Below, piece by piece: positions 8,984 to 16,725 of a stretch of 61,028 nt of DNA (positions are counted from its first letter, which is position 1; each line of letters starts with the position of its first letter). A program made the position numbers and the translations under genes. Source of the DNA: a virus (lineage: Duplodnaviria > Caudoviricetes); IMG/VR virus record IMGVR_UViG_3300036774_000039, positions 1 through 61,028 of that record. One strand, given 5' to 3'. The notes beneath the pieces are model-generated. The model did not search any database, was not told the DNA's origin, and saw nothing but the letters and a program-made list of their open reading frames with translations.

Positions 8984-9012
8984 TTGACTTTTTGTTGTAC
9001 GGGAGGTATATT
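8984..9012 (+). promoter_or_regulatory. Sigma70-type promoter upstream of the replication initiator
   Basis: TTGACT-17 nt-TATATT. Confidence 0.75.
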
Positions 9013-9065
9013 CGCAATGTCGAAGTCGTGTGTGTGGCGTTTCCATCTAATCGTTAAAGATGGCC

Positions 9066-9145
9066 CGAATTCGGGAATCTAGGCGCGGTGGGAAACCACC
9101 AAAGTCTCCACACAGACTTTCGACACGCTTAGGTTTCCGAATTCG
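9066..9145 (+). ncRNA. c4/CI-like structured antisense RNA
   Basis: A 20-bp outer stem whose three non-Watson-Crick positions are all G.U encloses two hairpins. The loops and junction are complementary to 9018-9044. Confidence 0.65.
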
Positions 9146-9162
9146 TGCTTTAAGGACCCTCA

Positions 9163-9900
9163 ATGAAATGGTTTAAGCATATGGCAGACGCAAATCGAGA
9201 CGATAAAATCGTATCCATCCGGTCGAAATTCGGGATGTGGGGGATCGGGGTCTACTGGACCCTAGTGGAGAAGGCCGCCGAGCAGATGAAGGGAAAGATG
9301 CCGACGCCGGTCGCCGTTCTTTCGGTGAACGAAACGGTTTCGTTATGCAAATGTAAGCGGAACAAACTCGTTTCATTCCTGTTTGCTTTGCAGAAGCAAC
9401 GCGGAATCAAATACGAACTGAATGGGGACATACTGAAGATCGAAATCAAAAAACTATTGGAAATAAAGGATAACTATCTATCTGACTTGGAAGAAACTTC
9501 CAAGCGACTTCCAATCAAAGAAGTAGAAGAAGAAGTAGAAGTAGATAAAGAAAGAGATAGGGAGGTTTCAGAGGCCATAATCATCCCCCTGCAGATGCCA
9601 CCCACCCTTACCGCAGTCGATGGATTCCAGGAGGTCTGGATGGAGTGGGAAGCCGAGAGGAGGCTGAAGAAGAAACCCCTCACCGACCGGGCCCGGAAGA
9701 TGCAATGGAAATTCCTGATGACAACCCCGAACCCGAAAGCAGTAGTCGAGGCATCAATCCAAAACGGCTGGCAAGGATTATTTCCCCTGAAGGAGCAAAA
9801 TGGAAAAGGTAACGGAGCGGTTAATCGTCAAAACGCTCGAGAAGTCTTCGATGCCGATACACTCAAACGACTCATTGAGCGTACTCCCCCCTCCTCCTAA
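9163..9900 (+). CDS. Phage replication initiator protein
   Basis: MKWFKH...DDKIV...FGMWGIGVYWTLVE N-domain, purine-rich EVEEEVEVDKERD linker, and C-domain W.EW...R...KKPLT...SIQNGWQGLF. Confidence 0.8.
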   Translation: MKWFKHMADANRDDKIVSIRSKFGMWGIGVYWTLVEKAAEQMKGKMPTPVAVLSVNETVSLCKCKRNKLVSFLFALQKQRGIKYELNGDILKIEIKKLLEIKDNYLSDLEETSKRLPIKEVEEEVEVDKERDREVSEAIIIPLQMPPTLTAVDGFQEVWMEWEAERRLKKKPLTDRARKMQWKFLMTTPNPKAVVEASIQNGWQGLFPLKEQNGKGNGAVNRQNAREVFDADTLKRLIERTPPSS

Positions 9901-10249
9901 CCAAGAGAAAGCGCTTGCGATCTATCGGGTCATCCTCGAGGTGGAGGCGACGAAACAGATAACGCCACCGCTAACCGATCAGCAACGGGAGGTTCTGATG
10001 CGCCTCCTGAATGACACCGGATTGCCAGTCGCAGAGATCGCCAAGATTGGACGCAAGGTTATCGAGAAAACGACCTACGGGAACATCGCATGGGAACACT
10101 GGAGAGTGGAGATCGAGGCGAGGCCGAAGGACAGGATGCCGGCGAGGGAGCCCGACCGCTTCTGCCTGGACTGCGACAAGAACCACAAGTGGGACGAGCT
10201 CTGCCCGATCGTCGAGGCCGAGGTGAAAGCGCTGCCGAAGGGCAGATGA
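9800..10249 (+). CDS. Hypothetical protein (possible helicase-loader position)
   Basis: AAGGAG RBS before ATG 9800; directly follows the initiator; C-terminal CxxC-H-C. Confidence 0.55.
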   Translation: MEKVTERLIVKTLEKSSMPIHSNDSLSVLPPPPNQEKALAIYRVILEVEATKQITPPLTDQQREVLMRLLNDTGLPVAEIAKIGRKVIEKTTYGNIAWEHWRVEIEARPKDRMPAREPDRFCLDCDKNHKWDELCPIVEAEVKALPKGR

Positions 10250-10291
10250 ACCTATTCGACCAGAAGATGCCAGCGAAACCAGGAGATCCGT

Positions 10292-10480
10292 ATGGACCAG
10301 AATTCCCAGAATACTACAACCAACTCCCCTTTTGAAACACTCTCAGTTTTCGACCTAGCGATTCTACGCAAGATGTGTGTTGATTCAGGAACGCCGAGCG
10401 ATATAGAGTTTATCAAGAGGATCGACCTTGAACTCCGGTATCGAGAGAGCCCAGAACGAAGGCCCAAGGTGAAACCATGA
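10292..10480 (+). CDS. Hypothetical protein
   Basis: AGGAG RBS; ATGA coupling. Confidence 0.5.
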   Translation: MDQNSQNTTTNSPFETLSVFDLAILRKMCVDSGTPSDIEFIKRIDLELRYRESPERRPKVKP

Positions 10481-10845
10481 TAACAGCGATCGCCATTTTC
10501 CTTGTCATTGTTCTCGTCCACGGATTTTATCGCGTCGGGTGGAAATCCGGCTTCAGGGCAACATACAGAGTCAGGGTTCCAGTGATCGTGAGGATGGAGA
10601 GAGCCGAGAGGCATGTTAAGGTGTGCGCGGAGGTACGGATGGCGTCAGAGAATTTTGCCCGGTTCGCCAAACCAGAGGAGCGATATGAGTGGATTGAACG
10701 CGAGCTTCTCCGTCATATAATGATTCAGGCAAAAGATTTTGTGCTTGTGGAGGAGAAGCCCAACACCCGAGAGCAGGAATACCGCAGTGGGCTTGAAAGG
10801 GTATACAGGGGGACGTTACGAGTGATCCCGCCTATTAAAACATGA
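10477..10845 (+). CDS. Membrane-anchored hypothetical protein
   Basis: N-terminal hydrophobic helix. Confidence 0.6.
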   Translation: MITAIAIFLVIVLVHGFYRVGWKSGFRATYRVRVPVIVRMERAERHVKVCAEVRMASENFARFAKPEERYEWIERELLRHIMIQAKDFVLVEEKPNTREQEYRSGLERVYRGTLRVIPPIKT

Positions 10846-10869
10846 CTCGAAATATATTTCTCTCCCCTA

Positions 10870-10898
10870 TTGACAAAGGCGTCTGAGTGTGTTATCTT
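10870..10898 (+). promoter_or_regulatory. Sigma70-type promoter
   Basis: TTGACA-17 nt-TATCTT with extended -10 TG; same CCTATTGACAA context as the promoter at 2578. Confidence 0.75.
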
Positions 10899-10927
10899 GT
10901 GTGTGCCGATAAAAGAAAGGGAAAACC

Positions 10928-11215
10928 GTGAGCAAACTCACCGATTACCTGAAGTTGAAATTCTCCCCCGATGGGAACAATCCCACCAAGGCAAAGCAAC
11001 GCCGGAAGCAGTCCCGGTTCGACCGTCTCCTCCACAAAGACTCCGTCGCCGGGAAGATGTACCCCGCGCATCTCCATCACATCGTTGCCGAGGTGAAGCC
11101 CTGTCCGGAGCGCACCGAGTTTATCACCCGGAAAAAGAAGGAAGATCCTTATCGTCCAGGATGGGCAAAGAAGCGCGATCGCCGGCGTCTCGAGAGACTG
11201 GGAGGTGTGCGATGA
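10928..11215 (+). CDS. Basic hypothetical protein
   Basis: AAGGG RBS and GTG start immediately after the promoter. Confidence 0.55.
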   Translation: MSKLTDYLKLKFSPDGNNPTKAKQRRKQSRFDRLLHKDSVAGKMYPAHLHHIVAEVKPCPERTEFITRKKKEDPYRPGWAKKRDRRRLERLGGVR

Positions 11216-11571
11216 GTGATATTACATATCGAGAGGATTTCCCAAGTGGCCCCGATTTGGCATTTCGGGTTGCGGTGGAAGAATTCAAAGACGCGATCAA
11301 CAACTGCGCCCAGCCGACCCTTTGCACCGGCAGCGACCAACTGCAGGGCCTCTCGCCCGAAGACATCATCGAAGTCGTTCACCGTCACGTCCAGGGCCTC
11401 CTCAAAGGCCAACTGCAGTTATTCGCCGAGGCGAACCAACAAATGATGCGCGAAGCGTGGGACGCGGCCGTAATCTGGATGCACCAGAACGGCGGGATGA
11501 TCCTCACCCCCGAGCATACCCAGAGAGCCTTTCTGGAATTCCTGAAGTCGAAGATAGGAGCGAGAGCATGA
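11212..11571 (+). CDS. Hypothetical protein (REAWDAA...AFLEFLKSK family)
   Basis: GGAGGT RBS; C-terminal part of ORF 10870..11571. Confidence 0.65.
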   Translation: MSDITYREDFPSGPDLAFRVAVEEFKDAINNCAQPTLCTGSDQLQGLSPEDIIEVVHRHVQGLLKGQLQLFAEANQQMMREAWDAAVIWMHQNGGMILTPEHTQRAFLEFLKSKIGARA

Positions 11572-11789
11572 GAGTATCCGACTGCTGTAACGCGCCACCC
11601 CGCATGATTGGGAACTGGGACAACGACACCGAGACGTTCGGCATCTGCGGCGAATGTGGCGATCACTGTGAGTATATCGAGCAAGACGAGCCCGAGGAGG
11701 AGCCGAAGGGAAGAGACGAGGATCTGAAGCGCATATCCATCGGAGAGGAAATCTCCGCAATCAACAATTCCCCATTCATCAGGAGGTAG
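11568..11789 (+). CDS. Small zinc-finger protein
   Basis: SDCCNAP...GICGECGDHCE. Confidence 0.7.
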   Translation: MRVSDCCNAPPRMIGNWDNDTETFGICGECGDHCEYIEQDEPEEEPKGRDEDLKRISIGEEISAINNSPFIRR

Positions 11790-11791
11790 AT

Positions 11792-12349
11792 ATGAAGTCC
11801 ATCGTGGAAGAACTGGAACTGGTTCCCGTTGTGAGCGAAACGAAGACTCTCCGGGAAACCGCTGGCCCCTCATACCTGGAGAGGGCGAGGGCGCTCGGCT
11901 TTACCGCCGTTGCGACGATCCTCGGCGACAAGGAAGACAAGCGCCACCCCCTGCCGTACCCCGAGATAACGAAGGACGCGATCGGCAAACTCCTCTCGAA
12001 GAGGCTGAACGAGATGCTTCAGGAGGAGGTCGGGAAATTCCACAGCAACTATTTCTACGAGCCGAAGGATGGGAGTGCGCCGGCGAAATTCCATTGCTCG
12101 GGGCCCTATCCGAACGTCGACTGGATCGAGACGCCGACTGAGAAATATCAGGGCATACCCCCGAGCCACGTCCTCTCGGCGTTTGAACGCGCCAAGGAGA
12201 CCGGGATCTTCGAGAAGTTTGCGATCGTGACGGTCGAGAAGGTTCAGGACCCGCTTCTTATCGGCATCACCAAGGATGACCGGCGCGGTCTCATCGACCA
12301 CTGGGATTCAGACATCGACCTGGACGAAGTCATCGGCCTCACGGAGTAG
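11792..12349 (+). CDS. Hypothetical protein
   Basis: AGGAGGT RBS; YQGIPPSHVL...DPLLIG...IDHWD. Confidence 0.7.
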   Translation: MKSIVEELELVPVVSETKTLRETAGPSYLERARALGFTAVATILGDKEDKRHPLPYPEITKDAIGKLLSKRLNEMLQEEVGKFHSNYFYEPKDGSAPAKFHCSGPYPNVDWIETPTEKYQGIPPSHVLSAFERAKETGIFEKFAIVTVEKVQDPLLIGITKDDRRGLIDHWDSDIDLDEVIGLTE

Positions 12350-12351
12350 CC

Positions 12352-12639
12352 ATGCGATCACACCTCCCAGCACCTTATTACCATCCGAACCCTCTCGAGA
12401 AGCCGGCGAACTACTTTACGACATGGGATCTCCAGACCCCGGACGGGAAAATTACCACCGTCTACACGGAAAAGTACATTCTCGTCGGCGAACCGATCAG
12501 GACTCGCGGGACGCGCTACACGGTTATCTACGTGGGGAAGCATCCCGGCAGGAAGTCGAACATCGTCATCCTGAAGCACACTCTCCGGGATAAGGTGATG
12601 ACGTGGTGGTGGTCGGTCAAACAACGACTCAATAACTGA
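12352..12639 (+). CDS. Hypothetical protein
   Basis: GGAG RBS; in operon. Confidence 0.55.
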   Translation: MRSHLPAPYYHPNPLEKPANYFTTWDLQTPDGKITTVYTEKYILVGEPIRTRGTRYTVIYVGKHPGRKSNIVILKHTLRDKVMTWWWSVKQRLNN

Positions 12640-12686
12640 AAGCGAGGTGGTGCTATCTAAGCGACGCACTCTGCATTGGAGAGAGC

Positions 12687-12730
12687 AAGCCCCGCCCGAG
12701 ACCCCTTCCAAGCGGTCGGGCGGGGTTTTT
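12687..12730 (+). terminator. Intrinsic terminator-like hairpin
   Basis: CCCCGCCCGA...TCGGGCGGGG followed by TTTTT. Confidence 0.6.
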
Positions 12731-12747
12731 ACCCACAAAGGAAACCG

Positions 12748-13200
12748 ATGAACATCCGAAACTATACGTCGACCGTCTCCGTTGACCGGAGCATCTCTCT
12801 GATCGAGCGATGCCTTGTGTCTGCAGGGGCCTCTCATATCGCCAAGGCATACGACCAGGCGGGACACACCAAGGCGATCCTCTTCCAGATGGAGGTCAAC
12901 GGTCAGCAACTCACCTTCAAACTCCCGGCCCGATGGGAAAAAGTCTTCGAGAAGATGTGGAAACAGGTGAAGCGACCGCGCCGGGAGACAAAAGACAAGC
13001 TCACCGAACAGGCGCAGAAGACCGCCTGGAAACTCCTCTACGATCAGATTTCCGTCCAGACGTCGAATATCCTGATCGAGCAGCAGGACGCGGTCGAGGC
13101 GTTCTTCCCGTATCTCTACGATGGGAGGCGCGACAAGACCGTCTACGAGATCGCCAAGGGCAATGGATTCAAGCAACTGACCGCAGGGGCAAAGGAATGA
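12748..13200 (+). CDS. Phage hypothetical protein
   Basis: IRNYTSTV...SISLIERCLV..GA...FKLPARW...QAQKTAWK...EAFFPYL. Confidence 0.7.
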   Translation: MNIRNYTSTVSVDRSISLIERCLVSAGASHIAKAYDQAGHTKAILFQMEVNGQQLTFKLPARWEKVFEKMWKQVKRPRRETKDKLTEQAQKTAWKLLYDQISVQTSNILIEQQDAVEAFFPYLYDGRRDKTVYEIAKGNGFKQLTAGAKE

Positions 13201-13466
13201 TCTGGCAAGCGTCGGTCTATTTCTCGTTCGACGATACCGAGCGGGACTGCGAGGTGGAATTCACCCCCGTCAAGGCTACCCGCGATACGTGGGGTTATGC
13301 CGGTGGGGAACCTGGTGAGCCGGCGCACGTAGAAGACATCCACGTTCTCGTCAGCGGGAAAGACGTGACCAATCTCCTCACCCAGCCAGAACTCAACGCC
13401 CTCGAGGATCGGTGCATCAATTACGCAGAGGGATACGGTGAGCCCGATCCAGACGTTGAAGGATGA
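13197..13466 (+). CDS. Hypothetical protein
   Basis: ATGA-coupled on both sides; acidic. Confidence 0.6.
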   Translation: MIWQASVYFSFDDTERDCEVEFTPVKATRDTWGYAGGEPGEPAHVEDIHVLVSGKDVTNLLTQPELNALEDRCINYAEGYGEPDPDVEG

Positions 13467-14806
13467 ACCATCTCGATCTCTTCAGCGGTATCGGAGGCTT
13501 CTCTCTCGCTGCCGATTGGGTGTGGGGTGAAGAACACAAGATTGTCGCGTTCGTCGAATGGGACGAGTTTTGTCAGAAGGTTCTACGCAAGCACTGGCCT
13601 GGAGTCCCGATCTATGGCGACATAGGAGGAATAGAGTGGAACGGATTTGCCCTTGTTGCAAGAGAAGACCAAAGGTCGCAGGAATCGCCTACTGCCGAGA
13701 ATGCGCGACCCTCCAATCTACGCGATGGCGTCAAGAAAATAGAGAGCGACATCGGAAGTCCCAGCGCGAATGGTGCAGACGAAAGAAAGACGAAATCATC
13801 TCCCACTATGGGGGAAAGTGTGCCTGTTGTGGAGAGACAACAAGAGAATTTCTCACCATTGACCACAAGCACAATAACGGAAACGCCGAACGGAGAGCGT
13901 ATAAATCGCAAACATGGAAACTCGCCCTCCGACGAGGGTTGCCGAACGACTACCAAATCCTCTGCTATAACTGCAACAACGCAAGATCGCACCGGGGAAT
14001 ATGCCCACACGAAAACAAAAATTGACCTCCTTACAGGGGGATTTCCTTGCCAGCCTTTCAGTGTCGCAGGGAAAAAACTTGGGAGAGACGATCACCGCTG
14101 GCTCTGGCCGGAGATGCTACGAGTTATTCACGAATCTCGGCCCCGCTGGGTCCTGGCAGAGAACGTTCCTGGAATCCTTAACATCGAACAAGGCGTGGTA
14201 TTCGAGACTGTGTACTCCGATCTGGCGAGTGAAGGCTACGAAGTTTTCCCGCCGCTTGTACTTCCAGCTTGTGCCGTTGGTGCGCCGCACAGAAGGGACA
14301 GGGTGTGGATCGTTGCTCACCACACCCAACACGCAGGACTTTCGGGACACACCGGACGAACTGCGCCCCTCGAGAATAGCGACGGGCAGGAAAACCGACT
14401 ATCTCAGCCGGCAGATCGGGATGCTCAGAACACCCGACGCGCATATGGAGAGAGGCCCGAGATCCCCGGAGAACCTCCACGACCGGTACGTGGTGAGGAA
14501 GATGCCCCTCTGCCTGAACGACCAGTTAGCGATGCTCCCGACTCCCAAGGGGAGGGACTGGAAGGGGGAGACTCGGCGGGGCCCAGAGAATCCAGGCGAC
14601 GGTCTGCAGAACACCCTCTCAGCGGTGAGCGGGATCTCGAAGCAGGACCGTGGCGAGAAGAATGGATTGAGGTTGCAACCGAATTTTGTCGAGTGGATGC
14701 AAGGATTCCCGATAGGGTGGACCGACTTAAAAGCCTAGGGAACGCGATCGTTCCCCAGGTCGCCGAGGCGATTCTCCGGGCGATAAAAACCGCCGATGAA
14801 GTCTGA
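13463..14806 (+). CDS. C5 cytosine DNA methyltransferase, alpha subunit, with two long inserts
   Basis: Motif I DLFSGIGG, IV GGFPCQPFS, VI ENVPG, VIII HRRDRVWIV, X LGNAIVPQVA. No motif IX recognised in this frame. Confidence 0.9.
   Translation: MNHLDLFSGIGGFSLAADWVWGEEHKIVAFVEWDEFCQKVLRKHWPGVPIYGDIGGIEWNGFALVAREDQRSQESPTAENARPSNLRDGVKKIESDIGSPSANGADERKTKSSPTMGESVPVVERQQENFSPLTTSTITETPNGERINRKHGNSPSDEGCRTTTKSSAITATTQDRTGEYAHTKTKIDLLTGGFPCQPFSVAGKKLGRDDHRWLWPEMLRVIHESRPRWVLAENVPGILNIEQGVVFETVYSDLASEGYEVFPPLVLPACAVGAPHRRDRVWIVAHHTQHAGLSGHTGRTAPLENSDGQENRLSQPADRDAQNTRRAYGERPEIPGEPPRPVRGEEDAPLPERPVSDAPDSQGEGLEGGDSAGPRESRRRSAEHPLSGERDLEAGPWREEWIEVATEFCRVDARIPDRVDRLKSLGNAIVPQVAEAILRAIKTADEV
13636..14025 (+). 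CDS. HNH endonuclease nested out of frame inside the methyltransferase gene
   Basis: AGGAGGA (13624-13630) before GTG 13636. CPCC..CREC, YGGKCACCGE..FLTIDH..NNG..QILCYNCN..GICPH. Confidence 0.8.
   Translation: MERICPCCKRRPKVAGIAYCRECATLQSTRWRQENRERHRKSQREWCRRKKDEIISHYGGKCACCGETTREFLTIDHKHNNGNAERRAYKSQTWKLALRRGLPNDYQILCYNCNNARSHRGICPHENKN
14001..14738 (+). CDS. Alternative-frame methyltransferase beta subunit (motif IX plus TP repeats)
   Basis: C-terminal LQPNFVEWMQGFPIGWTD; three L-x-T-P repeats; M.EcoHK31I-type arrangement. Confidence 0.75.
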   Translation: MPTRKQKLTSLQGDFLASLSVSQGKNLGETITAGSGRRCYELFTNLGPAGSWQRTFLESLTSNKAWYSRLCTPIWRVKATKFSRRLYFQLVPLVRRTEGTGCGSLLTTPNTQDFRDTPDELRPSRIATGRKTDYLSRQIGMLRTPDAHMERGPRSPENLHDRYVVRKMPLCLNDQLAMLPTPKGRDWKGETRRGPENPGDGLQNTLSAVSGISKQDRGEKNGLRLQPNFVEWMQGFPIGWTDLKA

Positions 14807-14863
14807 TCCGTCTCACTTTCCTGGCGGGGAGTATGAAGTCAAGGTAATCACAAGGAGGCAACA

Positions 14864-15808
14864 GTGAAAATCGAAATCAGACACAGATACGAGAATAGAG
14901 TCTTGTTTGAGGGGGAATTCGGCTCTCTGAAAATCGCAGTTGAGGCGGGGGTTAAATCATGCGCAAACCTCAGGGGCGCATTCCTCAGGGGCGCATACCT
15001 CGGGGGCGCAAACCTCGGGGGCGCAAACCTCGGGGGCGCAGACCTCGGGGGCGCAAACCTCGGGGGCGCAAACCTCGGGGGCGCAGACCTCACGGTCGCA
15101 GACCTCGGGGGCGCAAACCTCGGGGGCGCAAACCTCAGGGGCGCAGACCTCACGAGCGCAGACCTCACGAGCGCATACCTCAGGGGCGCAGACCTCACGC
15201 GCGCAGACCTCAGGGGCGCAGACCTCAGTGGCGCAGACCTCAGTGGCGCAGACCTCACGAGCGCAGACCTCACGGGCGCAGACCTCAGTGGCGCAGACCT
15301 CACGAGCGCAGACCTCACGAGCGCATACCTCGGGGGCGCAGACCTCGGGGGCGCAGACCTCAGGGGCGCAGACCTCACGCGCGCATACCTCACGGGCGCA
15401 GACCTCAGGGGCGCAGACCTCACGCGCGCAGACCTCACGCGCGCACACCTCATGGGCGCATACCTCACGGGCGCAAAAGGCATCGAGAAGCAACCGCCCC
15501 AAACGATCATTACCCCGCAGGGGTCAATCATCGGTTGGAAAAAGTGCAACGACGGAGTGTTGGTGAAGCTGATAATCCCCGAGGGAGCCAAGCGGTCAAA
15601 CGCATCAGGAAGGAAGTGCAGAGCAGAGTACGCGACGGTTCTTGAAGTCATTGGGGCGGAAGTTGGCATCACCACCGAACGCGGCCCAAGGACGGAGTAC
15701 CGCGTTCTCCAGACGGTGAAGCCCGACAAGTGGGACGATGACTGGCGAAACGAATGTTCCAACGGGATTCACTTCTTTTTGACCAGAGAGGAAGCTGAAC
15801 AGTTTTAG
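14864..15808 (+). CDS. Pentapeptide-repeat protein with DUF5758-like C-terminal domain
   Basis: About 35 A[DNY]L[RGTS][GSR] units. C-terminus GWKKC...KCRAEYA...DKWDDDWRNECSNGIHFFLTREEA. Confidence 0.9.
   Translation: MKIEIRHRYENRVLFEGEFGSLKIAVEAGVKSCANLRGAFLRGAYLGGANLGGANLGGADLGGANLGGANLGGADLTVADLGGANLGGANLRGADLTSADLTSAYLRGADLTRADLRGADLSGADLSGADLTSADLTGADLSGADLTSADLTSAYLGGADLGGADLRGADLTRAYLTGADLRGADLTRADLTRAHLMGAYLTGAKGIEKQPPQTIITPQGSIIGWKKCNDGVLVKLIIPEGAKRSNASGRKCRAEYATVLEVIGAEVGITTERGPRTEYRVLQTVKPDKWDDDWRNECSNGIHFFLTREEAEQF
14960..15476 (+). repeat. 15-bp tandem array encoding the pentapeptide units
   Basis: Near-identical GCGCA[GAT]ACCTC-nnn units. Confidence 0.9.
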
Positions 15809-15840
15809 CCGTCTCACTTTCACGGATAAGGGAGGACAAG

Positions 15841-16116
15841 ATGAGGATATATGGAGAGAGAACAGTTCCCGCAAGGGTTGAACGATTCGTTAAGTGCGCG
15901 ACCTGCGATATTTGCCATGAGGAAATCCCCCGCGTAAAGGACACCTACGAGACGAGTGAGGTTGAGGTAAGGCTCAAGGAGGGTCGGGATTATCCCGAGG
16001 GGGGAAGTGGCGAGGAAACAGAAATTGACGTTTGTCCCGATTGTTTCAAGACGAAGCTCATACCTTTTATCGAGTCCTTCGGCTCGACAATCAAACCTAC
16101 TGAATACGATTGGTGA
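15841..16116 (+). CDS. Small zinc-binding protein
   Basis: GGAGG RBS; CDIC...CPDCF. Confidence 0.7.
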   Translation: MRIYGERTVPARVERFVKCATCDICHEEIPRVKDTYETSEVEVRLKEGRDYPEGGSGEETEIDVCPDCFKTKLIPFIESFGSTIKPTEYDW

Positions 16117-16171
16117 GTAGTCTCTCTCCCCTCACATGAAGGGGAGTCTCACGAAAATAAAGGAGGAAAGA

Positions 16172-16348
16172 ATGAAGATCGAAGACTACAAGAAAATGAC
16201 GCAACTGGCGATTGCGAACGTCGCGCCAGTATTTAAGCCCAAGGAATTGCTTGTGTTATACGATTTCGCAAGGACGGTGACACAGGAGGACATTGACGGG
16301 CCGAATCCTCCCGCGAAAGTAAATCCTAGCCCCTCTCCCCCCAGATGA
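16172..16348 (+). CDS. Small hypothetical protein
   Basis: AAGGAGG RBS before ATG 16172. Confidence 0.55.
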   Translation: MKIEDYKKMTQLAIANVAPVFKPKELLVLYDFARTVTQEDIDGPNPPAKVNPSPSPPR

Positions 16349-16380
16349 TAGCGGGACAGAAATGAGACAGGAGGAAGAAA

Positions 16381-16701
16381 ATGAAAAGTCCACGGCAGGA
16401 ATTGGGTCTGTCGGATTATCGCAAAGAATTTTCGGACGCAACTGGAATAGATTGGGCCGATTATCATACCCTATTTGTTTCGTGGCTTGAGCGGGAACTA
16501 GACAGAACAAGGGAAGAGGTCGAAAGACGGAGAGAGCAACTTCGTGAAGCTCACGATGCGGGCTTTGTCAGCGGTCGACGCCAGGGACAGGTCGATGAGG
16601 AGGGTGCATGGGAGATTGACGAGGATGAATCGTTTAAAGACTTCATCAGGACTATGCAATCTCTCGCGCCCAAGGGGAAAGAATCTCTCCCCCCTCCGTA
16701 A
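16381..16701 (+). CDS. Hypothetical protein (WLE...LREA paralog family)
   Basis: AGGAGG RBS; motifs shared with the genes at 18023 and 18598. Confidence 0.65.
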   Translation: MKSPRQELGLSDYRKEFSDATGIDWADYHTLFVSWLERELDRTREEVERRREQLREAHDAGFVSGRRQGQVDEEGAWEIDEDESFKDFIRTMQSLAPKGKESLPPP

Positions 16702-16725
16702 GAGGACAATGCAGACAAGGAGGAA

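Larger units (their letters stand above)
14808..15821 (+). repeat. 13-bp direct repeat CCGTCTCACTTTC flanking the pentapeptide gene
   Basis: Exact copies at 14808-14820 and 15809-15821, each just after a stop codon. Confidence 0.8.

Noticed and set aside
13620-14020. Methyltransferase insert as an intein or group I intron
   Set aside because: There is no Cys/Ser start with a His-Asn end in frame, no recognisable intron core flanks the HNH, and the host frame is open without splicing. RT-PCR is still needed to exclude splicing formally.
14960-15476. Tandem array as a CRISPR array, and the long alternative-frame ORFs over it
   Set aside because: The units are 15 bp with no unique spacers and encode pentapeptide repeats. 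The other open frames are by-products of the periodicity.
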